Origin: a virus
Taxonomy: Duplodnaviria > Caudoviricetes
Strand: one strand, 5' to 3'
IMG/VR virus record: IMGVR_UViG_3300036824_000022
Span: 1 to 33,392 of that record
Length of the DNA: 33,392 bases
Of the stretch, positions 17,353 through 24,796 are shown piece by piece. A model generated the notes under the pieces. It did no database searches, was not told where the DNA came from, and was given only the letters and a program-made list of their open reading frames with translations. The translations under genes were made by a program, and so were the position numbers. Numbering within the stretch: position 1 is the stretch's first letter; every line of letters starts with the position of its first letter.

Positions 17353-18881
17353 CACGCGGCCTCCATGTGTTCTGGATCGAATGGGTTGTATTCACTAACG
17401 TGGATTACGGCTTGAGGACCTTCACGGCCAGCGGTGTCGTTCATAGCGAGGGGCCCGGCGAAGGTTAGGACAAGGGCATCGAGGTCGTCCAATACCAGAC
17501 CTGGGTGATCCTCCATAAGGTCCTCTTTGGAGAGGAGTTGGATTTCACCGGTGCGTTCGTTGAAGGTGTAGCGGATGGCAAGCATGGCCGTGCGCAGGTC
17601 AGGGTCGTTTGGAAGCGCACCTACCTTAAGCCACGCACGAAGGGCGCCATACATGGCCGCCCTCATGTTGAAGTACTTTTCTCCGGAGGTATTTGTAGAG
17701 ACACCTGTGATGATGTCTTTACCACCGAATTGAACTTCAGTTACGTAGAGTTGTTTGGCCCGGCAGTTGTCGACGACGCCGCCACCGACACCGCCTCCGT
17801 CAATGAAGATTCCGTCAGGGTGCCAAGCACTCCAGCAGTCGAAGACGTTATTAGAGAGCTCGACTGTAGATATTCCATTATAGATTTTGCGCGGGATAGA
17901 TCGTGCGTCTCGACCTTTTCGAGGAAAAATAACACTATTGTTGCGACCGTAGCGAGCCACGTCAACTCCAATCGCAAGAGGCGTTCGTAGGTCGACATAG
18001 ACATTTCGGTCCTCACTCATAGCTAGGTCGATTTCGATAGCGGAGAAGAACTCCATCAAGCCTTGCGAGGGGAACTGGCCTAGGATGCGGACCTTGACGT
18101 AGTCGTTCTGGACACCGCCATAGGCTTTGATCAGCTCGTCGATGCGTTTCTTGTTGGTGATGGGGACTTCGCGGCTGTCGATTTGTTGAGTGTGCCAGAA
18201 TTGATGGAAGCGGCCGCCTTCAAAGCATTCACGGAAACGACCAAAGTTGCGGGTTGGGTTGCCGAAGGCTAGCCAGATGAGCTGGGTGTCTTTGTCTGAG
18301 AAGGCGCCTTCGGCTGTTTCCCAAATGATGTCTTCGATCTCTGAGGCCTCATCGAAGATCAGGAGCAGCCGGTTGCCTTTGTTGTGCAGGCCGGCGAAGG
18401 CTTGGGGGTTAGTCTTGGACCATGGGATCATGTCGATGCGCCAGGTGCGCTCACGGGACGGGTCTTTGGAGAGAAGGGCTGTGGCCTTAAGCTCGAAGTG
18501 TTCGCGGATGATTGGGCGAAGGAGGTTGAACCATTTACCGAGTTCCGCCCAGGTCTTTGTCTTGAGCTGGGTTTCGGTATTGGCAGTGATGACGCCGCGG
18601 CAGTCAGGGAAGGTGGTAAAGGCCCAAAGGGTGATCTGAGCCACGGTTGTGGATTTGGCAATGCCGTGGCCGGAGGCGGTGGCTTCCATTATGGCGTCTT
18701 CGACCGAGACGAGTTTGAGCTTGATGCGTCGCATCAACTCTTTGGCCCAAGGCATTGGCCCATCAAAGGCTTCGAGCTGGGTACCAGCAATGCCCCAAGG
18801 AAAGGCCCCCATCACAAACGCAAGGGGATCGTCACGGACTGAGACCAGCCATTTAGCTAGTTCTGGTTCCACCCACCCCAT
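17352..18881 (-). CDS. terL: Terminase large subunit
   Basis: Walker A-like ASGHGIAKST, TANTETQL, Walker B LLIFDEAS, GNPTR, and nuclease motifs GVDVAR, IDGGGVG and DLDAL.LTF. Confidence 0.93.
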   Translation of the reverse strand: MGWVEPELAKWLVSVRDDPLAFVMGAFPWGIAGTQLEAFDGPMPWAKELMRRIKLKLVSVEDAIMEATASGHGIAKSTTVAQITLWAFTTFPDCRGVITANTETQLKTKTWAELGKWFNLLRPIIREHFELKATALLSKDPSRERTWRIDMIPWSKTNPQAFAGLHNKGNRLLLIFDEASEIEDIIWETAEGAFSDKDTQLIWLAFGNPTRNFGRFRECFEGGRFHQFWHTQQIDSREVPITNKKRIDELIKAYGGVQNDYVKVRILGQFPSQGLMEFFSAIEIDLAMSEDRNVYVDLRTPLAIGVDVARYGRNNSVIFPRKGRDARSIPRKIYNGISTVELSNNVFDCWSAWHPDGIFIDGGGVGGGVVDNCRAKQLYVTEVQFGGKDIITGVSTNTSGEKYFNMRAAMYGALRAWLKVGALPNDPDLRTAMLAIRYTFNERTGEIQLLSKEDLMEDHPGLVLDDLDALVLTFAGPLAMNDTAGREGPQAVIHVSEYNPFDPEHMEAA

Positions 18882-18959
18882 CCTTTGATTTTAGCCGAAC
18901 TTCTGCAAAGATCAATTGTCGAGGGAGACGGCGCCACAGGAGCCATGCCGGGAACTGCG

Positions 18960-19571
18960 TCAGCCATCTCCCCCTCCATCACCGCCAGGGACCAGCGGGA
19001 CCGGCGGTATCGGCTTTGCGTCTATGACGTTGGAGCGGCCAGAGGCACGAGCCATCTCTTCCATCACGGCGGCGAAGTCTAGGTTTTCGTTTCGCTGAGT
19101 TGACTTCTTGCCGTAGCCGAAGCGGTCGGCACGGTCACCCACAAGGGCCAGGAGGGTCTTGAGTGGGAGCAGTTCGTCAGACTCATCGGAACGATCAAGG
19201 TGCTCTTCGATTTGGCGTTCGGCCCTCCGCATGTTTGAGGTTGCGGTTTCCCAGAACTCATCCTGGGCTGAGACGAACGCCGAATCTATTTTTTCTTTAT
19301 ACATCGCCACCAACTCTTGAAAGGCGGGGTCGGAGCGGATTGTGTAGAAGCGAGTTCCGCTGTAGCCGGTTTGGGTGAGGATGTCTTCGGTGCGAAGCCC
19401 AGCCGCGACCATCCGGGCCAGGCGATGGTGAGACTCACGCATGGCCTTTGGCCTGCCTTGAGGCGGACGTGGGGCCTGGAGAGCCTGCATATCCTCACGC
19501 GTGAGCGGCCGCACACCCAAGACCTTTGGGGTGCGTGCCAACTTGCCACGATGAAGAACAGGTGCGTTCAT
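18960..19571 (-). CDS. Putative terminase small subunit
   Basis: HTH-like segment HHRLARMVAAGL..EDI...TGYS..R......DPAFQELV followed by helical region; directly upstream of terL. Confidence 0.55.
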   Translation of the reverse strand: MNAPVLHRGKLARTPKVLGVRPLTREDMQALQAPRPPQGRPKAMRESHHRLARMVAAGLRTEDILTQTGYSGTRFYTIRSDPAFQELVAMYKEKIDSAFVSAQDEFWETATSNMRRAERQIEEHLDRSDESDELLPLKTLLALVGDRADRFGYGKKSTQRNENLDFAAVMEEMARASGRSNVIDAKPIPPVPLVPGGDGGGDG

Positions 19572-19972
19572 AACCTTCTTACCATATAGGGGCCAACCGG
19601 CCCCCGGAACGTGTCTCGGTCTGGTGGAAGTTGTGGCGTGATCAACGCTAACAATCTCTTGATATCCTCAGGGATGACCAAAGCTCCTCGATCAGGATTG
19701 TGCACGATATTATACTTGGGCCGGTACTTCCGAATGTACATCTGCTCAAGGGTATCCAACTGCCCAAGCATACACCCAAGAATCCAAACGCTATCAAAAG
19801 ACATCTTAGGGACCTGCGCAATCCCTTTCATCACAAACCCTCGATGCTCAAGCAAGCGCCGCAACGGCTTCTTACTCTTCCCGATATAAACCACTTCCCC
19901 TCTTTTCACAAGCGCATACACCGCACAGTGCAGCACCTGCGAAATCTCCAAAAACCCATCATCCTTAAGCAC
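19568..19972 (-). CDS. GIY-YIG family nuclease (catalytic domain only)
   Basis: AVYAL...VVYIGKS...RRLLEH...LEQMYIRKYRPKYN contains all core GIY-YIG motifs. Confidence 0.8.
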   Translation of the reverse strand: MLKDDGFLEISQVLHCAVYALVKRGEVVYIGKSKKPLRRLLEHRGFVMKGIAQVPKMSFDSVWILGCMLGQLDTLEQMYIRKYRPKYNIVHNPDRGALVIPEDIKRLLALITPQLPPDRDTFRGPVGPYMVRRL

Positions 19973-20006
19973 GGCACTGCCTCAGAATTTTCCATTCTCC
20001 CGGTCC

Positions 20007-20035
20007 ATTATAAATGGAACTTTCAAAAAGTCAAG
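20007..20035 (-). promoter_or_regulatory. Leftward sigma70-type promoter for the packaging/structural operon
   Basis: Minus strand cTTGACT-N16-TATAAT. Palindrome TCCATT-ata-AATGGA overlaps the -10. Confidence 0.75.
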
Positions 20036-20116
20036 AACTAATTATTTTTGCAATAGGCAGGAAACTGGAAATATATATATTTTGCGCGGGGCACTACTGC
20101 GGCCGCAGCGGGAGAC

Positions 20117-20153
20117 AAAATTTTGGCCCCCACCCCCGAAGAGGTGAGAGGCC
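20117..20153 (-). terminator. Probable terminator hairpin with UUCG loop
   Basis: Minus strand GGCCTCTCACCTC-TTCG-GGGGTGGGGGCC followed by AAAATTTT, just after two small leftward genes; U-tract is not adjacent. Confidence 0.5.
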
Positions 20154-20166
20154 ATGGTATGCCAGC

Positions 20167-20268
20167 CTAACGGCGCGGGATGATAGCGATCAAGTATTCG
20201 CCGCGATAGACATAGATATGGGTACGGCCGTAGTGATAGGTGATCTTGTCGTCGGTTTCATCGCACAT
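20167..20268 (-). CDS. Micro-ORF (33 aa)
   Basis: MCDETDDKITYHYGRTHIYVYRGEYLIAIIPRR starts 1 nt after the upstream stop. Confidence 0.4.
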   Translation of the reverse strand: MCDETDDKITYHYGRTHIYVYRGEYLIAIIPRR

Positions 20269-20269
20269 G

Positions 20270-20533
20270 TCAGTCAGCCTTGACCGCGAGGAGGGTAGCG
20301 TTGGCCTCGATGAATGAGCGGATAGCGTCGCTCTGTCCGAGCAGGCGTTCCCACTGGCTGCGGTAGAGAGTGACAGGCCAGCGGCCAAGGCCATAGATGC
20401 TAAGTGCGCCCTTGTCTGAGACTTTGAGGGTTATTGCCTTGGGCTTCTGGGCGGCGGCTAGCTGGGCCTGAGCTTGCGCCAACATTGCCTTAAGGGTTTC
20501 GTTCTCAGCAGCGAGGTTAGGAAGGATAGCCAT
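20270..20533 (-). CDS. Conserved small protein, coiled coil plus compact domain
   Basis: ITLKVSDKGALSIYGLGRWPVTLYRSQWERLL resembles a recurrent hypothetical family; GGAG SD. Confidence 0.75.
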   Translation of the reverse strand: MAILPNLAAENETLKAMLAQAQAQLAAAQKPKAITLKVSDKGALSIYGLGRWPVTLYRSQWERLLGQSDAIRSFIEANATLLAVKAD

Positions 20534-20621
20534 GGGCATGTGCTCCAAATGTGCGGCTTGATTGCCGACTCGACGGTTGTCTCATGGATCGAGGCCAGGT
20601 GCAAATCACGAAATCGTGATC

Positions 20622-20636
20622 GAACATATCAGGAAC
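20622..20636. promoter_or_regulatory. Alphaproteobacterial LexA (SOS) box candidate
   Basis: GAAC-ATATCAG-GAAC (GTTC-N7-GTTC on minus) in intergenic DNA upstream of the 20533 gene; adjacent palindrome ATCACGA-aa-TCGTGAT at 20605-20620. Confidence 0.6.
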
Positions 20637-20718
20637 AGACAGGGTGTGCAGTGCACAAGAGGCCATCGCAGATGACTCAATCTCTCTCCCCCTGCACACC
20701 TGCGTAAGCCTAGTGCTA

Positions 20719-20896
20719 CCCTTGTAGAGCCCTCATTAGCCCCTCATGGCCTTGTCACAGGTGGGGGTGCCCGTGGTAGGTATAGTCTGTCTCTCGTCAT
20801 CTCTCTCTCTCTAGACATAGTACAGGCCCACGGCCCCCCTCCACTGCCACTAGGCGATCAGGGGATAATGAGGGAGGTACTAGGGGACTACAAGGG
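20719..20896. repeat. Long imperfect inverted repeat with CT-rich centre
   Basis: 20730-20744 vs 20860-20874 (14/15), 20771-20776 vs 20828-20833 (6/6) and 20719-20727 vs 20888-20896 (9/9). Confidence 0.75.
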
Positions 20897-20926
20897 GATA
20901 ATGGATTTGATTAGGGAATTAAAGGG

Positions 20927-20955
20927 CTTGACTTTTGTGAAAAAAAGAGTATAAT
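20927..20955 (+). promoter_or_regulatory. Rightward early promoter P1
   Basis: cTTGACT-tttgtgaaaaaaagag-TATAAT. Confidence 0.85.
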
Positions 20956-21069
20956 GGACTCATCATCAGAAGTCATTCCGCCTCACGGGATCGTGAATTG
21001 ACGGCGGGGCGGTTGGGGCGCAAGATGGACGGGCCAAGGGAATAGGCCTAAGGCTTAGGAGGCTATGCC

Positions 21070-21228
21070 ATGCACAGCGATACTTATCAACTCTCATATG
21101 TGAATACTAGTCTTGAAACGCACTATCTTGAGACTGAGTTTAACACACTCACGGCACTGATTGCTTTTGTGAGTGAGAACTACCCGGACTATTGTTCGTA
21201 TCAGATCATTGTAGCGAGGCGGCCATGA
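21070..21228 (+). CDS. Early micro-protein (52 aa)
   Basis: AGGAGG SD; MHSDTYQLSYVNTSLETHY...IIVARRP; ATGA-coupled to the next ORF. Confidence 0.6.
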   Translation: MHSDTYQLSYVNTSLETHYLETEFNTLTALIAFVSENYPDYCSYQIIVARRP

Positions 21229-21308
21229 GCTATCGTAAGGTTGGTGGGTTGCACTTCTTCACCATAGGCAGGCTTGGGATTACTTGGTATTGGAGGGCAA
21301 GGCCATGA
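21225..21308 (+). CDS. Early micro-protein (27 aa)
   Basis: MSYRKVGGLHFFTIGRLGITWYWRARP; ATGA overlaps at both ends. Confidence 0.55.
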   Translation: MSYRKVGGLHFFTIGRLGITWYWRARP

Positions 21309-21469
21309 ATCAGACAATCCAAGACTTGATTGCTAATGCCACTACGCTTGAGTTGGCAAAGGCGTTGGAAGGGCGGTTGCAGATGAGTGTGAGGACAGCT
21401 GAGGAGAGTTATGTCCTTGGGCATCTCAGTGCGTACATCTGGCATGTTGAGAGGGAGGGACGGAAATGA
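21305..21469 (+). CDS. Early small protein
   Basis: MNQTIQDLIANA...; GGAGG SD; ATGA coupling. Confidence 0.6.
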   Translation: MNQTIQDLIANATTLELAKALEGRLQMSVRTAEESYVLGHLSAYIWHVEREGRK

Positions 21470-21654
21470 AAGGGCTCTATCATATCACAAGGCATGAGTT
21501 GAACCAAGGCAATGGCTATAGGTTTGAGCTGAGGAACACCCTGACCTTAGCAGTTGTCTTGACTGCCTTTAGCGCCAGCAGGGTGCCGCCACGGTGGTTG
21601 CGGAATAGGCAGGCACGCCTCAATACAATCTATGTGCTGGAGGGCGTAGCATGA
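21466..21654 (+). CDS. Early small protein
   Basis: 62 aa; GGAGG SD; ATGA coupling. Confidence 0.6.
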   Translation: MKGLYHITRHELNQGNGYRFELRNTLTLAVVLTAFSASRVPPRWLRNRQARLNTIYVLEGVA

Positions 21655-21734
21655 CAGACACACGCAAGCTTTCAATCGCCTACACGATCATTGGCTTGAG
21701 CCTGATCGTGGCTATGTGGGGAGCAGCGCTATGA
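21651..21734 (+). CDS. Single-TM micro-protein (27 aa)
   Basis: MTDTRKLSIAYTIIGLSLIVAMWGAAL; GGAGG SD; ATGA coupling. Confidence 0.55.
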   Translation: MTDTRKLSIAYTIIGLSLIVAMWGAAL

Positions 21735-21844
21735 ATGATCGTAACAGGGCTATTGGCCCTACCTCTACTCCACTACCGCCTCACGAAAATGTGATTTGAT
21801 TGTGCGGCGCAACATGTGCTAAGCTTAGCCAGAGGAAAGGAGTC

Positions 21845-22048
21845 ATGCCTATGTATGTTTCAGATGGTGTAAAGCGTATCGAGGCAATGAATGAGTCTGA
21901 TCGAGCGTATGTGAGTGAATGGCATATGCTTTGTAATGACTTCGTGTTCGGCCACATCAACGCCGAACAATTCAGGCTTGGCATGAGATTGGTATTGGCA
22001 ATGGCCAGTGACACTGTGATAATGCACATAGCCAAATCCAACTGCTGA
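21845..22048 (+). CDS. Hypothetical protein
   Basis: AAGGAG SD before MPMYVSDG. Confidence 0.55.
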   Translation: MPMYVSDGVKRIEAMNESDRAYVSEWHMLCNDFVFGHINAEQFRLGMRLVLAMASDTVIMHIAKSNC

Positions 22049-22211
22049 GTCCGAGTCCCATCTCACTATCACTCTACGGCGGGCAGCGCAAGCTTACCCG
22101 CCTTAGGGCGTTGAGAGAGGCCATAGATTGCGGCACCATATGCCCCCGGCATCGTGCGACGGTGATAGCGCCAACTCTCTAACCTAGACGTCAGTGAAAG
22201 GACGTACGCAA

Positions 22212-22877
22212 ATGACTGATGTATCAGAAACCGCGAATGGCGTGATCTTGAAGATCATGGTCAAGGGCGGTGTTGAAGTCGAAGTGGACTCCAGCAAGAT
22301 CACGGATATGGATGTCTATCAGGCCATCTTCGTGGAAGGGCTGAAGGCCATCTTGTCCAAGGGAGCCGTAGCGAAGCTCTCTACGGGCATCACCAAGAAG
22401 TCTGAGAAAGAGCAGGGAGAGCTGAAAAAGGCCATTCATGAGGAAGCACTGAAGATGGTGCATGGCCTCTATGAAGGCCAGCTTAAGACCCGTGGCGCAA
22501 CGAAGCGCAGCGGTGCGGTGCAGACCGAAGCCATGCGCCTTGCGAAGGCATTGGTTAAGGATACCCTGCGCAGCAACGGGTATAAGATCAGCGCATTCGA
22601 TGCAAAGACCCTCACGGCCTATGCAAAGGATGTCCTTGCTGCCAACTCGGAACTCTACAAAAAGGCTGAGGAGAACCTCGCTCAGCGTGCGGCCATGCCG
22701 GTCAAGGGCCTCGACGTAAAGGCCATGCTCGGTGAAAAGGCCGGCGATGAAACCTTTAAGGCCAAGCCGAAGGTGCCGCCGACCCCTCGCAAGAAGGGTG
22801 AAGGCAAGCCGATTTCGGCAGCGGAGGCCGCTAAGGTTGCCCCGAGGGCAAAGCCTCAGCACACTACCGCGCACTAA
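22212..22877 (+). CDS. Lys/Ala-rich basic protein (possible DNA-binding)
   Basis: AAAGGA SD, strong codon bias and histone-like K/A/P C-terminal tail; 221 aa. Confidence 0.75.
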   Translation: MTDVSETANGVILKIMVKGGVEVEVDSSKITDMDVYQAIFVEGLKAILSKGAVAKLSTGITKKSEKEQGELKKAIHEEALKMVHGLYEGQLKTRGATKRSGAVQTEAMRLAKALVKDTLRSNGYKISAFDAKTLTAYAKDVLAANSELYKKAEENLAQRAAMPVKGLDVKAMLGEKAGDETFKAKPKVPPTPRKKGEGKPISAAEAAKVAPRAKPQHTTAH

Positions 22878-23090
22878 TACCAGCATTAGTGCAGCTTGAA
22901 TGAGCAATGATTGAGTCTGAGGACACGTCGCAGCGTAACCTCAAACGGAGATTGTCAGGATCACTCAAGTACTTTAGTTTCGGCGCCAGCAGTGCCAACC
23001 CCTGAGCTTCCCTACGGGTACATCCCGCAAGGTCTCAGGGGTCTTCTATAGACGCAGGGAATGAGCCCTGCGTAACGGAGACCATGCCAA

Positions 23091-23927
23091 ATGACCAACC
23101 CAAACGATATCTCTGCTGTGCTACTTAGCATCAGCGAAGCCAAGCGAGCCTTAGATGCTGAACCTCAATATCGCAGGCACATTCATGAGCTTGAGCAAAA
23201 GCTCATCATCGATGGCCAAACCATCGCCAGTCGTGAACAACGCATCCATGAGCTGAAGCAAAGCGAGGAGGCACTCCAAGCCAAGCTGCGTTCGGTGGAG
23301 GCCGAACGCGATGAGGCTGGCTTTCGTGCTTTGGAAGAGAGCGACAAAGTGTCGGCTTTGTCTACACTTGTGCGTAGCTACGTCGGAGACTGTCTCAAGA
23401 CTCTTGCGGCGGTTGAGGGTAAAGCCCCACCACTCCTGATTGCCAAGGATGAGTATGATAGTCTCATTCAGGCCAATAAGGATTTGGACAAGCGCATCAG
23501 CGAGGTTGAGTATGAGCGTGACTCTGCCAGAGCTAACGATGAGCTGGCTCAAGCTGCACTCAAGGCGGCAAGGGAACAGCTTGAACGAAAGCCTGATCCA
23601 AGCCCTTTAGGCGTCACCATAGATACTCCCCACAGCGAGCCCACGGCTTCTTCACTTGGAGAGACCACATCTTCGGGGAGTGGTGAGAGTGCAACGGACC
23701 CTACTCCTGCCGAAACCTATGGTGCCCCAGCCCATGGTTCTGTAACCTCGCAGGACGCTGTTCCTTCAAATGAGGTTCAGAGTGCCATCCCCCCTTCCCA
23801 GCCCGCTACCACAACTACATCAAGCGATATCACAACGGTCAGTGGTGGTACCGGGCAGGGCCAGACTGGAGAGCCTGTGAAGCAGACTGACAAGGAATGG
23901 TGGGAAGAAGTTGTAAGGCAGAGCTAA
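23091..23927 (+). CDS. Coiled-coil protein with disordered Ser/Thr-rich tail
   Basis: Heptad-rich first ~165 aa, low-complexity tail ending EWWEEVVRQS. Confidence 0.75.
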   Translation: MTNPNDISAVLLSISEAKRALDAEPQYRRHIHELEQKLIIDGQTIASREQRIHELKQSEEALQAKLRSVEAERDEAGFRALEESDKVSALSTLVRSYVGDCLKTLAAVEGKAPPLLIAKDEYDSLIQANKDLDKRISEVEYERDSARANDELAQAALKAAREQLERKPDPSPLGVTIDTPHSEPTASSLGETTSSGSGESATDPTPAETYGAPAHGSVTSQDAVPSNEVQSAIPPSQPATTTTSSDITTVSGGTGQGQTGEPVKQTDKEWWEEVVRQS

Positions 23928-23942
23928 CCCTACCTCCCCAAC

Positions 23943-23971
23943 TGGCCAGCGCAAATGCTGGCCATTTTTTT
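23943..23971 (+). terminator. Rho-independent terminator
   Basis: TGGCCAGC-gcaaat-GCTGGCCA followed by T7. Confidence 0.9.
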
Positions 23972-24010
23972 GTCCATTGTTTACTAGGTATACCAGGGAA
24001 TTATTTTATT

Positions 24011-24039
24011 CTTGACTTTTCAAAAAAAAAGAGTATAAT
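24011..24039 (+). promoter_or_regulatory. Rightward promoter P2
   Basis: cTTGACT-tttcaaaaaaaaagag-TATAAT, near copy of P1, with AT-rich upstream element. Confidence 0.85.
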
Positions 24040-24064
24040 AGTACCTATAATCGAGAGCCATGCC

Positions 24065-24436
24065 ATGAAATATGAATGCCTGTACTGCGGAAGGCCTTTT
24101 ACTAAAGAAGGTAAGTATACATGTGACTGCGCTCGGCATGTATACAATCCAAAGGCAGCCGCGAAATCGTACGATAGTCAGAACTACAACAAAACCCATG
24201 GTGCTAGGCGCGGCTATGGCACTCGCTTATGCGATTACTGTGGTAGCGAATTTAAACCACCACGATCAAATGCATATTGCTGTTCACCTCAATGTGTAAC
24301 ACTTAAAAACAATCCAACATTAACATTTCACGAATGCAAATGGTGTGGCAGCGAGTTTTTAGCTCCGAGAATTACAAGGATATACTTTTGTTCTCCACAG
24401 TGTCAGATTTTAAAACAGTATAATGGAAAATTCTAA
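24065..24436 (+). CDS. Tandem Cys zinc-finger protein
   Basis: CxxCG.[PE]F three times, two followed by CSPQC; AT-rich gene directly after P2. Confidence 0.7.
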   Translation: MKYECLYCGRPFTKEGKYTCDCARHVYNPKAAAKSYDSQNYNKTHGARRGYGTRLCDYCGSEFKPPRSNAYCCSPQCVTLKNNPTLTFHECKWCGSEFLAPRITRIYFCSPQCQILKQYNGKF

Positions 24437-24636
24437 TGCTTTCCAAGCGAGCGACAGAGCTACAGCCCGGAGATAGGCTCTATTACACTGACGAAGTGGT
24501 CATCCGCACATTTAAAGACAAGATGACAAAGCCTTATTACATTTGTGTATTGCTTCGCAAGGGCCAGCGGGAGCGCTTGGCACACTATCGTATCTATGCC
24601 TTCATTCTAATCGTGAGAGGGAGCCATGCAGTTTGA
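24436..24636 (+). CDS. Hypothetical protein
   Basis: 66 aa, TAATG-coupled; RATELQPGD start. Confidence 0.55.
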   Translation: MLSKRATELQPGDRLYYTDEVVIRTFKDKMTKPYYICVLLRKGQRERLAHYRIYAFILIVRGSHAV

Positions 24637-24796
24637 TGCCTATACAGTTTATTGTGAATGGTGCAAAGAGCACCACTACGCTGTACCTACCCGCGCGTGG
24701 TGGGACGCCGCTTGCGCCAAGGCAAGGACCATTCACTATACAGATGAGTCTGAAATGGACATCAGGCGTGAACGTAGAGAGGGATGGGCAAAATGA
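24626..24796 (+). CDS. Small CxxC/His protein (56 aa)
   Basis: Hand-translated MQFDAYTVYCEWCKEHHYAVPTRAWW...; GAGGGAG SD; ATGA-coupled to the next ORF. Confidence 0.55.
   Translation: MQFDAYTVYCEWCKEHHYAVPTRAWWDAACAKARTIHYTDESEMDIRRERREGWAK

Noticed and set aside
14912-18842. Multiple long plus-strand ORFs (e.g. 15623-16324, 17505-17990, 18384-18842)
   Set aside because: Antisense shadows of the portal and terminase genes.
22042-22060. CTGCTGAGTCC resembling a hammerhead ribozyme core
   Set aside because: Mismatch in the CUGANGA core and no properly placed GAAA partner or stem II.
22224-22907. 227-aa antisense ORF
   Set aside because: Shadow of the codon-biased plus-strand gene; no protein-like features.
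21065-24068. Recurring ATGCCATG-like double starts at 21065, 23083 and 24060
   Set aside because: Short, variable and plausibly just initiation-region preference; no consistent upstream peptide.
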